The notes: a model not told the origin generated them from the letters alone. A stretch of DNA of 64,000 nt from Alphaproteobacteria bacterium (GCA_045632845.1 JAZQXL010000023.1:8485-72484); one strand, 5' to 3'. Positions 1 to 9,337 are shown, numbered from the stretch's first letter. Made by a program: numbers and translations.

Positions 1-1
1 T

Positions 2-145
2 TCATTTCATGAAAACATCAGAAATGCTTTTTTAACTTTGGCACAAAATGAGCCAGAAAGATTCATTGTTGTTAATGCAGACCAATCTGTTCAAGCCATT
101 CATGATGAGATTGTTTTAAAATTGAAAGAAAAAATGAATGCTTAG
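2..145 (+). CDS. tmk: thymidylate kinase, C-terminal fragment (gene begins upstream of window)
   Basis: Frame +2 is open from the window edge: SFHENIRNAFLTLAQNEPERFIVVNADQSVQAIHDEIVLKLKEKMNA, stop TAG 143-145. It overlaps the holB ATG at 138 in the common tmk-holB arrangement. The Tmk-like C-terminus was recognised by eye only. Confidence 0.55.
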   Translation, partial: SFHENIRNAFLTLAQNEPERFIVVNADQSVQAIHDEIVLKLKEKMNA

Positions 146-1097
146 TCCTTATGATCAAATATCAAACTCTCTCAAAAATGGGAAAATAACAGGCTCTTGG
201 TTGATTACGGGACCTTTTGGTGTTGGGAAAAAAACATTTGCCAAACGGTTAAGTGCCTTTTTAACAACTGGAAATTGGGATGCAAAAATAGATTTTAATC
301 CAAATGTTAAGTGGATTGAATGCTCTTTGACTGAAGACGCTAAAAAAGAAATTCAAAAAATGATTCTTGCAGGTAAAGAGGTTGAAGAAAATGCCAAAAC
401 GCTCGCGCGGAAAAAAGAAATCACCGTTGATGACATTAGAGAAGGGGTCAAATTCCTTTCTTTAAAATCAAGCTCAAATGAATATCGTATTTTGGTTATT
501 TCGCTGGCGGAAGATATGAATACAAATGCTGCAAATGCGCTTTTAAAAATGCTTGAAGAACCATTTCCACGCAGTATTATTTTATTGTTATCCCAAAACA
601 CAGGGAAATTGTTACCCACTATCGCCTCTAGATGTCGCAAAATTCAAATCCCAAGACTTTCTTTTGATACAGTGGTTGAAGAGTTGAAAAAGCTTTTACC
701 CCAATCACCTCACATTGAGTTGTTGGCTGAATTGTCAGATGGGTCCATTGGTCTTGCGCTTAAAATTCATGAAAATGATGGTCTTAAAATCTATCAAAAA
801 ATGAACGCTTGCTTTGTACCACTTTTAAGAATGGATATAACCGCTTTGAATGATTTTGCTGATATGGTTCATAAAAATGAAGAGGCTTTTTCCTTGTTTC
901 AAATCTTTTTAATGAACTGGTTTGCAAAAACAATCAAAGAAACATTTGAAACAAACCCACTTTTGAGTGAAAACTTATTAAATTTATATGAAACAACAAC
1001 AACTCTTTTTGCAAATGTTTCAAATATTTATTTAGATAGACGACAAGCAATTATTAATACATTTTTATCCATCGGAGAACTTTTAAATGATCGATAG
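138..1097 (+). CDS. holB: DNA polymerase III delta-prime subunit
   Basis: 319-aa ORF with the AAA+ clamp-loader P-loop GPFGVGKKT and an SRC-type motif (TIASRCRKIQI). It follows tmk and overlaps both neighbours. Confidence 0.8.
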   Translation: MLSPYDQISNSLKNGKITGSWLITGPFGVGKKTFAKRLSAFLTTGNWDAKIDFNPNVKWIECSLTEDAKKEIQKMILAGKEVEENAKTLARKKEITVDDIREGVKFLSLKSSSNEYRILVISLAEDMNTNAANALLKMLEEPFPRSIILLLSQNTGKLLPTIASRCRKIQIPRLSFDTVVEELKKLLPQSPHIELLAELSDGSIGLALKIHENDGLKIYQKMNACFVPLLRMDITALNDFADMVHKNEEAFSLFQIFLMNWFAKTIKETFETNPLLSENLLNLYETTTTLFANVSNIYLDRRQAIINTFLSIGELLNDR

Positions 1098-1851
1098 TCA
1101 TTGCCATTTAGGGATTGATGATTTCAATGAGAATATAGAAGGGTACCTGGCCAGAGCAAAAGAGGAGGGGATATCTGATATTTTAACGGTTGCCTGCTCT
1201 TATGACCAAATAGACCAATTAATCCACATGGGAACATATCCTAATGTGCATACTGCTTTTGGCATTCATCCAGAAGGAGCTATTCATTTTGATTATCAAA
1301 AATCATTGGACCTTTATCAAAAACACCCTGAAATAAAAGCCGTTGGAGAAATTGGGCTTGATTATTATTATAATCCAGAAACAAAAAATGAGCAAATTCA
1401 AGCATTTGTTGATCAAATCCAGCTTGCTAATCAAATTCAAAAACCTATTATTATACATGCCCGTGATGCAGATACTGATATAATCGATGTTTTGAAAGAA
1501 AGTTATAAGAATAATCTTTTGAAAAAATCTGGAGTAATGCATTGTTTCTGTGGCTCTGAGGCGCTCGCTGAAGTGGCTTTAGAAGTTGGACTCTATATTT
1601 CTGTTTCAGGTATTATAACGTTTAAAAACGCTGTTGAATTACGCAATACGATTGCCAAGATTCCTTTAAACAGATTAATGATTGAAACAGATGCTCCATA
1701 TTTGGCACCTCATCCATTTAGAGGGAAAAAAAACGAACCATCTTTTGTTAAATATACACTGGAAGCACTTGCAAAATTAAAGCAAGAGAATATTGAAACA
1801 GTTGAAAAACAAACAAGTGAAAACTTTTTTAAAGTGTTTGTGGGAGAGTAG
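1087..1851 (+). CDS. tatD: TatD-family metal-dependent hydrolase/DNase
   Basis: 254 aa. It starts MIDSHCHL (HxH metal site) and carries later IIHARDA and IETDAPYL motifs. 11-nt overlap with holB. Confidence 0.88.
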   Translation: MIDSHCHLGIDDFNENIEGYLARAKEEGISDILTVACSYDQIDQLIHMGTYPNVHTAFGIHPEGAIHFDYQKSLDLYQKHPEIKAVGEIGLDYYYNPETKNEQIQAFVDQIQLANQIQKPIIIHARDADTDIIDVLKESYKNNLLKKSGVMHCFCGSEALAEVALEVGLYISVSGIITFKNAVELRNTIAKIPLNRLMIETDAPYLAPHPFRGKKNEPSFVKYTLEALAKLKQENIETVEKQTSENFFKVFVGE

Positions 1852-1854
1852 GGT

Positions 1855-2625
1855 ATGAAAGTTAGAATTTTAGGGTGTGGCCCTTCCAATGGTGTTCCAT
1901 CATTATCAAGAGGATTTGGTGAATGTGATCCTAATAACCCTAAAAACATTCGTACCAGAACAGCTGCATTGATTACAACAGATGACCATTTAAACATATT
2001 GATTGATACCGATCCAGAAATTAGATTACAACTGTTGAAAGCTGGAAATCCAAAGATAGATGCTATATTTTTCACCCATGTTCATTATGATCACATGGGA
2101 GGTGCCAATGATTTGAGTGCGTATCTATTAGACAAACAAGACAAAATTCCCGTCTTCTTAACAGATGATACAGCTTCTTATTTTAAAGGGCAGCTATCCT
2201 ATTTGTTTTCAAATAATAGTGCGCCATTTGAATTAAATATTATAAAGCCACATGAGCCATTTTTTATTAAAAATACAAGGATTACGCCTATAAAACAATA
2301 TCATGGAAATTTAACATCCATGGGCTTTAGAATTGGTGATTTTGCATATTCAACAGATGTTAAATCTATGGATTTGGAAGGCTTTGAGCTTCTAAAAGGG
2401 ATTAAAACCTGGGTTTTAGGAGTTGTAAGTCCCAAAAGAGACCCTAATAAGCCAATATCGCAAAAACACATCTATTTAGACGAAGCTTTGCGCTGGATTG
2501 ATCAAATTCAGCCTGAAAGGGCTTATATAACTCATATGGGACAAAGAATGGATTATGAAAGACTTTGTCAGACGTTACCAAGCCATATAAGACCAGTATA
2601 TGATGGGTTTGAATTTGAAATTTGA
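1855..2625 (+). CDS. MBL-fold metallo-hydrolase
   Basis: 256 aa with the metallo-beta-lactamase motif HVHYDHMGG (HxHxDH). It starts 3 nt after tatD. Confidence 0.75.
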   Translation: MKVRILGCGPSNGVPSLSRGFGECDPNNPKNIRTRTAALITTDDHLNILIDTDPEIRLQLLKAGNPKIDAIFFTHVHYDHMGGANDLSAYLLDKQDKIPVFLTDDTASYFKGQLSYLFSNNSAPFELNIIKPHEPFFIKNTRITPIKQYHGNLTSMGFRIGDFAYSTDVKSMDLEGFELLKGIKTWVLGVVSPKRDPNKPISQKHIYLDEALRWIDQIQPERAYITHMGQRMDYERLCQTLPSHIRPVYDGFEFEI

Positions 2626-3538
2626 GCAAATCCAAGCTATAAGCCTTGAATATAAAGGATAATTTTATCATTTAAAAAATATCACATCGATTTTCAGCGA
2701 GCAAATTAAAATTGTTCGTGAGAATATACATTATAACGTTTAAAATTGGCCCACATTTTACAACAAACTCATTTAGTTTTACTTTAAATAAATCTTTTAA
2801 ATAAAAAATCATAAGACGTAAGAATAATTTTATTTTTTTAAATTTATTAATATAAAGATTCATAAACTTATAGAAATGCTTGAATTTAAGATATTGAAAT
2901 CCCTCCTCTTATTTTACATCTAAGTATACATAATATAAATTATGCGACAAAGCTATATCAAGAGAAGAGGTTAAAGAATTCTTCTATATCAACAAGTTAT
3001 TGATTAATTTATGTCAGATTATTAGAAATGTTTTTATTTAATGGTTTACCTTTCACTTAGTTGGCAAACATATTAGATCCTTGCTAAGGACAGTTTCCCA
3101 CTTCTGAAAGATTCTTTCTTACAAGATAGAAACTAAGACGTTTTAGGCTTAAAACTTAATTTGAAGGCCTGTTTGAACCATCAATTATCCTTATAATTTT
3201 ACCTGTCTTAAATCAGTTACTAGCAACCTCCTCAGCTTTTGTTGCCCATTTTATTGCCTAAATTTTCTATTTTATGCTTTAAAATTGATTAAAATCCACA
3301 CAAAACCCCCTCAAAACCCTTTATTTACAAGGTCTGCAGGAACTTTTAACGAAAAAATCAAACCGATTTTCAGCCAAATCTTTTTAGATATTTGAATAAA
3401 TACACAAAGATTTTATTTAAAAATCACCTTTAAAAACCTTTAAGAAAAATTCTGAGACATAAAGACATAAAATTATAAACCCCACCACTTTTATTTCAGT
3501 GATAGGGTTCAGTAAATTTCAAATATCTTGAAGATATA

Positions 3539-4105
3539 TTATCTTGTCACTTCTTTATTCTTTGCTAAAGGACTGAATGCACCAGACCTTTCAACTTCTT
3601 TTTTATTAATAATAATTGTAGATAATGCAACACAACTCATAGCAATTTGTTTTGCTGCAGCTAAAACATTTTTTTTCACCTCTGGATTATTAGGATCTAA
3701 TGCTTGCACAACAGATGCAAAAGGAGCGTCTTTGTCAGCTATATCCATCTTTGGCAAGTCAACTTTTGACAAATCATCTTTCTCTTTAACATCCAACATA
3801 GGCACGACCAAACTTGTTAGCATTTCAACAAAAGCTGCTTTTTCCATTTTCGGCATTTTGTCCAATCCGTTTAAAAATGCTTGTGCTTGCTCGTCAGTAA
3901 TGCTTGTTGGGATATTAAAAATATCACTTCCCTTTTCTATACGTGGTAGATTGATTGATTTTAAAGTTTCTTCCCCACGTTTTTTTGCCATATATTCAGC
4001 AAATTTTTGAACTCCGGCTTGAACACGTGGATCAGACGCATCTAAATGCTTTCTTTCCATCATTGGGATATCAATTTCTGTTAAATCATTTGGTTTTTGT
4101 GTCAT
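3539..4105 (-). CDS. hypothetical protein (orphan, charged, no signal peptide)
   Basis: Minus-strand ORF. I prefer the start at MTQKPNDL (ATG 4105-4103), preceded by GGAG (4112-4115 on the plus strand). The track start at 4153 lies inside the predicted -10 box. I recognise no family. Confidence 0.5.
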   Translation of the reverse strand: MTQKPNDLTEIDIPMMERKHLDASDPRVQAGVQKFAEYMAKKRGEETLKSINLPRIEKGSDIFNIPTSITDEQAQAFLNGLDKMPKMEKAAFVEMLTSLVVPMLDVKEKDDLSKVDLPKMDIADKDAPFASVVQALDPNNPEVKKNVLAAAKQIAMSCVALSTIIINKKEVERSGAFSPLAKNKEVTR

Positions 4106-4144
4106 TTTTATCTCCGTAATTAATTGTTTGCCAATCATATTTTT

Positions 4145-4174
4145 ATTATACATCTCTCCTTTTTATTTTGACAA
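4145..4174 (-). promoter_or_regulatory. sigma70-like promoter TTGTCA-18 nt-TATAAT for the orphan gene at 3539-4105
   Basis: The minus strand reads GTTATTGTCAAAATAAAAAGGAGAGATGTATAATAAAAAT. The -35 is at 4174-4169 and the perfect -10 TATAAT is at 4150-4145. Confidence 0.5.
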
Positions 4175-4183
4175 TAACTTTTA

Positions 4184-4192
4184 CCCCCCCCC
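4184..4192 (-). repeat. homopolymeric tract, C9 on the plus strand (G9 on the sense strand of the downstream gene)
   Basis: Counted directly: ttaCCCCCCCCCgaat. It lies 9 nt upstream of the -35 hexamer of the promoter above. Confidence 0.95.
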
Positions 4193-4271
4193 GAATATTT
4201 TTTAATATCTATTTGATTTTAAATACTTATTCTTTACACCCATATCATTTTTTTCAATTTCTTGTATAAAG

Positions 4272-4308
4272 AAAACCACCGGCTAGACCGGTGGATCACT
4301 TTTTTTTG
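4272..4308. terminator. bidirectional rho-independent terminator (serves trxA on the minus strand)
   Basis: Stem CCACCGG (4276-4282) / CCGGTGG (4288-4294) with loop CTAGA. T-run on the plus side (4300-4307) and TTTTCTTT on the minus side. Confidence 0.7.
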
Positions 4309-4321
4309 AATCTCACATTTT

Positions 4322-4636
4322 TTAGAGATAACTTTTAATCCAAGAAACAAGCTCAGACTTTAACATTGCTCCATTTTTACGAGCAACTTCTTTTCCACCT
4401 TTAAACAAAACCAACGTTGGAAGACTTTGAATGTCAAACATATCAGGTGTTTTTGGGGCTTCATCAACATCTAATTTATAGATACCAACTTGACCAGCCA
4501 TTTCATCTGCAATTTCAGACACAATTGGTAACATTTGACGGCATGGTCCGCACCATGTTGCAAAAAAATCAACCAAAACCAATTTTTCTGATTGTAAAAC
4601 AGCAGTTTCAAAATTTGAATCATTTACTATTTCCAT
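4322..4636 (-). CDS. trxA: thioredoxin
   Basis: 104 aa with the WCGPC active site (FFATWCGPCRQ) and typical thioredoxin length. Confidence 0.92.
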   Translation of the reverse strand: MEIVNDSNFETAVLQSEKLVLVDFFATWCGPCRQMLPIVSEIADEMAGQVGIYKLDVDEAPKTPDMFDIQSLPTLVLFKGGKEVARKNGAMLKSELVSWIKSYL

Positions 4637-4712
4637 TTTTTTCTCCTATTCTTCAATTTCAATATATTTAAGTTATACATTATTTATAGCTGTGTCAAGT
4701 GCTTTTGTTAAC

Positions 4713-5546
4713 TTAAGAACGTTCGTTTTGTTCAGAATTTGATTTTAATCTCTTTAAAAATAAAGGACATAATTTTATAAAATTTGAGCGCATCTCAATT
4801 TCTAAATTTTCTTTTTCTTGAACAAATTTTGAAGCATAACGAGCCAAATTGCAGCTTGCAAAATTCTGGCTTAATATAGCTTGAATGCCAACTGATTCAT
4901 TATCTTTTGGTTCAATTTCTTTTATTCTTCTATCAACTAAATTTTTCAACCCTTCAGTATTAAGATTTGATAAACTGATCAAATCATCTCTTTTTTCAAA
5001 TAAAGGACTTAATTTTGCAATAGCCGCTGCTTTTGGTTTGCTTGAAAACATCCTTGCTGCAAAAGTTTCGACATTTTTAATCATATAATCAATAGCTGAT
5101 TGACCAGATTTATTTTTTAATTCAAAATCAACACCTTTTGATTTTAGTGCGGCAACGACCTTTGCATTTAAAGCTCTTGTGCCAAGCAAATAAAAACCTG
5201 CGTGTTCACCTTTTGCATTTGTTTTTGAAAAATCATAACCTGCTTTTGCCATTTCATCAATCAATCTTGGTGACAAACGACCATAAGATGAAAGATAATC
5301 CCCCATGCGGTATTGATCGGGATTTGAACGAGTATCACCCAATGGGGCATTTAAATCACAATGGTGTTTTTTCAATAGCTTGACCATTTCAAAATCAAAA
5401 TTTGATCGACCAAGAAGCAATCTTAAAACCTTAACAACATCTTTTGGTTGAAGTGGGTCAGATGATTTGCCAAACACATGTTTGATTTCTTTAATATTGC
5501 CTGTGCGTAAAACACGTTCTAATTCTTTTGTTTCTTTTGATAACAT
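4713..5546 (-). CDS. hypothetical protein with ankyrin-repeat-like N-terminal half
   Basis: 277 aa. Segments FEMVKLLKKHHCDLNAPLGD and NAKGEHAGFYLLGTRALNAKVVAALKSKGVDFELKNKSGQSAIDYMI fit the ANK helix-turn-helix plus xGADxN pattern. The C-terminal half is unassigned. Confidence 0.45.
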   Translation of the reverse strand: MLSKETKELERVLRTGNIKEIKHVFGKSSDPLQPKDVVKVLRLLLGRSNFDFEMVKLLKKHHCDLNAPLGDTRSNPDQYRMGDYLSSYGRLSPRLIDEMAKAGYDFSKTNAKGEHAGFYLLGTRALNAKVVAALKSKGVDFELKNKSGQSAIDYMIKNVETFAARMFSSKPKAAAIAKLSPLFEKRDDLISLSNLNTEGLKNLVDRRIKEIEPKDNESVGIQAILSQNFASCNLARYASKFVQEKENLEIEMRSNFIKLCPLFLKRLKSNSEQNERS

Positions 5547-5627
5547 TTTATTCCTCCTTAAAAATGTACAAAGTACTTTTCAATATAGCAAATGCTATCA
5601 GAAAACTCAACAGATTTTATCAAAAAG

Positions 5628-6662
5628 TTAATCTAAAGTATCTAATGGCCAACGAGGACGTGCTTTAAAATCAAATCCATCAAATTTGCCTTTTAAAAAG
5701 CGTTCCATTCCTGCCCAAGCAATCATCACACCATTATCTGTACACAATCCAATCGGTGGGGCTGAAAAAACAAGACCATTTTTGTCTGCCAATGATTGGA
5801 GCATATTTCGAACAGACATATTGGCAGCCACACCACCAGCAACAACCATGTCCTTTGCATCTGGGTAATTCTCTTTAAATATAGCAATGGCATTTTTTAA
5901 GCGATCTTCCATCTGCAAAACAACCGCTTTTTGAAAAGAGGCACAAATGTCTTTTTGATCTTGTTCAGTAATTTCTGGCAACTTTTCAATTGCAACACGA
6001 ACAGCCGTCTTTAACCCTGAAAACGAAAAGTCACACCCTTCCCTTCCTTTCATCGGAACAGGGAATTTAAAACGTTTAGCATCCCCTTCTTTAGCTGCTT
6101 TTTCAACATTTGGCCCTCCGGGGTACCCAACACCCAACATTTTGGCAACTTTGTCAAAAGCTTCCCCAGCTGAATCATCAATTGTTCCACCAAGTTTTTT
6201 ATATTTACCAACATCCTCAACAATCAAAACTTGACAATGTCCACCAGATGTTAACAAAAGAAGATAAGGAAATTCAACAGGATGGGATAATCTTGCGGTT
6301 AAAGAGTGCCCTTCTAAATGGTTAACCGCAATGAATGGTAAATTATGGGCCAAAGCAATGGTTTTAGCCGTCATAACACCAACCAATACACCACCAATTA
6401 ATCCAGGGCCTCCTGCAACAGCAATGGCTGATAAATCTTCAAACTTCTTGTTTGCTTTTGCCATCAACTCATTGATGAGAAGATCACATTTTTCAAGATG
6501 GGCTCGGGCGGCAATTTCAGGTACAACACCCCCAAACTTGCGATGCTCATCATATTGCGACCAAACAATTGAAGCTAAAATTTCTTTTTTATCATTCACC
6601 AATGCACAGGCCGTTTCATCACAGCTGCTTTCAATTCCTAAAATGATTTTTTCGCTCATCAT
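5628..6662 (-). CDS. tsaD: tRNA N6-adenosine threonylcarbamoyltransferase
   Basis: 344 aa. ILGIESSCDETA N-terminus, NHLEGH metal motif and the Gcp/Kae1 family layout. Confidence 0.92.
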   Translation of the reverse strand: MMSEKIILGIESSCDETACALVNDKKEILASIVWSQYDEHRKFGGVVPEIAARAHLEKCDLLINELMAKANKKFEDLSAIAVAGGPGLIGGVLVGVMTAKTIALAHNLPFIAVNHLEGHSLTARLSHPVEFPYLLLLTSGGHCQVLIVEDVGKYKKLGGTIDDSAGEAFDKVAKMLGVGYPGGPNVEKAAKEGDAKRFKFPVPMKGREGCDFSFSGLKTAVRVAIEKLPEITEQDQKDICASFQKAVVLQMEDRLKNAIAIFKENYPDAKDMVVAGGVAANMSVRNMLQSLADKNGLVFSAPPIGLCTDNGVMIAWAGMERFLKGKFDGFDFKARPRWPLDTLD

Positions 6663-7063
6663 TTTTTCCTTTTACTTTTTTTTAAATTAATACGAACCGT
6701 TCCACCAGCATTTATCCATTCATACGAAGCTATTTTTTCTTTAAACACAGGCGTATCTAACCAAAAGGGTATCTCTTTTTTAATTTTTCCTTCATCAAAC
6801 AGTCCCTTCCCTGTTATGATTGAAATTGTTTTTGTCCCCAAAAGAAAGTGTAAAGTTACAAATTTAAGTACACATTCATAAGCTTCTTGCAAAACCAAAC
6901 CATGCAAATCAACAATGTTTTGAATGATTCTTTCAGGCCGAGGCTTAATTTTAAGTGGACGCGTTGGGAGCGCCTCTACCCTCAAATCTTCTTTTTTTGA
7001 AAGCGGCGTTACTGATTTAATCAATTCATCCCAAGCGGCCAAATCTTCTTTTGTTATACTCAT
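6659..7063 (-). CDS. Smr-domain protein
   Basis: 134 aa. The C-terminal Smr domain begins DLHGLVLQEAYE and contains IITGKG. 4-nt overlap with tsaD. Confidence 0.75.
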   Translation of the reverse strand: MSITKEDLAAWDELIKSVTPLSKKEDLRVEALPTRPLKIKPRPERIIQNIVDLHGLVLQEAYECVLKFVTLHFLLGTKTISIITGKGLFDEGKIKKEIPFWLDTPVFKEKIASYEWINAGGTVRINLKKSKRKK

Positions 7064-7064
7064 C

Positions 7065-8093
7065 TTATTCTTTCGGCAACAATAGATAATATGATCCTTC
7101 GCTTTTCATACGACCAGCTTTTGAAAAAGCAAGTTCCCCATGTCCCCAAAAGAAATCAGCCCTAATAGCTCCTTGAATGGCACTTCCAATATCTTGGGCA
7201 ACAACAAGACGCTGCAGTTGCATCCCATCTGGATCTTTTGTGTTTAACCACATTGGCGTGTGCATAGGGATAAAATTCTTATCAACAGCAACAGAACGCA
7301 TCGGTGTTAACACAACACCCCCTGCTCCATATGGGGAATCCCCTTTATTTTCTTTAAAAAAGATATAACGAGGGTTTTGAGCCATAATTTTTCTTGCTTT
7401 TTTAGGGTTATCTTGCAACCACTTTTTCATAGCCGGCATTGAATAAAGAGTTGGCGCACCATTTTTCTTAAGAAGTTGTCCTAATCCTTTAAATTCTCTG
7501 GAATTACTGCCTGCAAAACCAAGTTTAATTTCACCGGTTGGAGTAATCAAGCGACCAGAACCTTGTACATGCAAAATGAACAACTCAACGGGATCATTTG
7601 CCCATGCAATAATGGGGGCATCAATACCATCTTCTTCAATATCCTCCCGTTCTGGATATTTTTTACCTTTTTTATATCCATCAGGTAAACCATAAATGGG
7701 AACTTGTGTTTTGCTTACTTGGTATCTCGTCCCTGTTAATTCAGCCTCATAATAGCCAGTCATTGTTCCTGTTTTGGACCCATATGTAATCACTTGATAA
7801 GGTCTGAGTGTTTGTTCAATATATGACTTAATTTGATAAGAGGAAGCCCCATTATATCTTGCTAAATCACGACAAAAGCGTTTAAACATTGGGGCTGGTG
7901 TTTTGCATGAATTCATCAAACTTGGCATTGCCATTGTTAAATCATCATTATGCCAACCTGGTAAATCATCAAATTCAAGTTGTTTGAGCTTAAAAGACCT
8001 ACCTTGAGACAAGGAATGTGTTGATGTACACCCCGTAATAACCAATGATAGTGCAAAAACAAGAGGACCAAATGCAAAAATGTTTTTAGCCAT
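7065..8093 (-). CDS. mltA: membrane-bound lytic murein transglycosylase A (lipoprotein)
   Basis: MltA-like body with a 3D-domain C-terminus (DIGSAIQGAIRADFFWG). Preferred start is MAKNIFAFGPLVFALSLVITGC (lipobox ITGC), preceded by GGAG. That ATG overlaps the Tim44-like stop (ATGGCTAA). Confidence 0.8.
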   Translation of the reverse strand: MAKNIFAFGPLVFALSLVITGCTSTHSLSQGRSFKLKQLEFDDLPGWHNDDLTMAMPSLMNSCKTPAPMFKRFCRDLARYNGASSYQIKSYIEQTLRPYQVITYGSKTGTMTGYYEAELTGTRYQVSKTQVPIYGLPDGYKKGKKYPEREDIEEDGIDAPIIAWANDPVELFILHVQGSGRLITPTGEIKLGFAGSNSREFKGLGQLLKKNGAPTLYSMPAMKKWLQDNPKKARKIMAQNPRYIFFKENKGDSPYGAGGVVLTPMRSVAVDKNFIPMHTPMWLNTKDPDGMQLQRLVVAQDIGSAIQGAIRADFFWGHGELAFSKAGRMKSEGSYYLLLPKE

Positions 8094-8682
8094 AGATTTC
8101 TCCACTCTTTGTGGCACTCACAACCCACTTTGTGCGGCCTTTTTTTCTAAATGTCCATGTGTCTGTTACAGTTGCAACACTCATTTCGTCACCTTCAATA
8201 ACATTTCCTTCAGCATCTTTTAACAAATTGATTTGTTCTGTTACAAATTGAACTGTTACCTCTTCTTTTTGAGTGGATGAATTCAAAATTTTAACAGAAT
8301 CAAAACAGATGAGTGAAAAATCAACAGAATGATTATTTGCTTTTCTTTTATTAATTTCAGCCTCAAATGCTGAATAAATATCTGGCATTAAAAGATTTTT
8401 AATTCTAGAAATATCCCCTTTTGTAAAAGCATCAACAATCATTTGAAATGACATTTTTGCATTTGCGATGAAATTTTCTTCACTAAACTCTTTTTTTAAT
8501 TTTTGTGAATTGTCAATCAAACGCATTTCAATAACTTCGCCTGTTTGTTCAGAAACAAAACGAATTTTATGTGAAGGCATTGTTGGTTTCTTTCTTTTTA
8601 CAGGAGTTTTATCAGAAGATCTAAAAAGCATAAACGCAAGAACAACCACAATTCCAGTTAAAATAATATTTTCAAAAGACAT
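8086..8682 (-). CDS. Tim44-like domain protein, N-terminal membrane anchor
   Basis: 198 aa. One N-terminal TM helix followed by a Tim44-like C-terminal domain. The Tim44-like/mltA/smr order is typical of alphaproteobacteria. Confidence 0.65.
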   Translation of the reverse strand: MSFENIILTGIVVVLAFMLFRSSDKTPVKRKKPTMPSHKIRFVSEQTGEVIEMRLIDNSQKLKKEFSEENFIANAKMSFQMIVDAFTKGDISRIKNLLMPDIYSAFEAEINKRKANNHSVDFSLICFDSVKILNSSTQKEEVTVQFVTEQINLLKDAEGNVIEGDEMSVATVTDTWTFRKKGRTKWVVSATKSGEIYG

Positions 8683-8777
8683 TTCACATTTTCCTTTACA
8701 TCTATAAAAAACGATTGTATAAACGATTAGTGTAATATAACTCTAATTATAGTTTTTTTTCAAGAGGATTTTTTAAA

Positions 8778-9251
8778 ATGACAGAAAATGCAACTCAAAA
8801 TGTGCCAAATATTCAAATAAATGCTCAATATATCAAAGATTTATCATTTGAAGCACCATTATTGCCTCAGATTTTAACAGAAATCACAGCAGCTCCTGCT
8901 ATTTCTGTTAATGTTGACATTCAAGTTAACAAAACAAATCAAGAAAATGTCTTTACAGTTGAATTGGTTGCAAAAGCAGCCGCCCAAACAAGCGATACAC
9001 AAAAAGCGTTGTTCATTTGTGAATTGACATATGGCGCAATGGTAACTCTCAATGTACCAAAAGAACACACAGAACCTGTTTTGTTGGTAGAAGTTCCTCA
9101 CTTGTTGTTCCCATATGCTCGTGCAATTATTGCTAATACAACAAGAGAAGCTGGCTTACCACCTCTTCAAATCAATCCAATTGATTTTGCTGGCCTTTAT
9201 CAAGCCAAAATTCAACAACTTCACGCACAACAAGCTGAAGGCAACAAATAA
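8778..9251 (+). CDS. secB: protein-export chaperone SecB
   Basis: 157 aa. SecB-like core (YIKDLSFEAP ... LLFPYARAIIANTTREAGLPPLQINPIDF) and an acidic/Gln-rich tail. Confidence 0.88.
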   Translation: MTENATQNVPNIQINAQYIKDLSFEAPLLPQILTEITAAPAISVNVDIQVNKTNQENVFTVELVAKAAAQTSDTQKALFICELTYGAMVTLNVPKEHTEPVLLVEVPHLLFPYARAIIANTTREAGLPPLQINPIDFAGLYQAKIQQLHAQQAEGNK

Positions 9252-9272
9252 ATTATTTTTTTCAATGAAAAA

Positions 9273-9303
9273 GACAAAAAAGGTTGCTTTTTTGTCTTTT
9301 TTT
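9273..9303 (+). terminator. rho-independent terminator after secB
   Basis: Perfect 10-bp stem GACAAAAAAG (9273-9282) / CTTTTTTGTC (9287-9296), loop GTTG, followed by T7. Confidence 0.7.
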
Positions 9304-9337
9304 ATTTTATGATGAGTCAATATAATAAGGGAAGAAA

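Noticed and set aside
2672-2863. 63-aa minus-strand ORF inside the long spacer (MNLYINKFKKIKLFLRLMIFYL...).
   Set aside because: It has extremely AT-driven Lys/Phe/Leu/Ile/Asn composition and no RBS at a proper distance. The AGGAGGG on the minus strand lies about 35 nt away. It is most likely a chance ORF in AT-rich DNA.
3528-4010. 160-aa plus-strand ORF opposite the orphan gene at 3539-4105.
   Set aside because: It has the Ser/Phe/Leu-rich low-complexity composition typical of the antisense shadow of a Lys/Glu/Asp-rich gene. The minus-strand frame has a near-consensus promoter and a GGAG RBS, and the plus-strand frame has neither.
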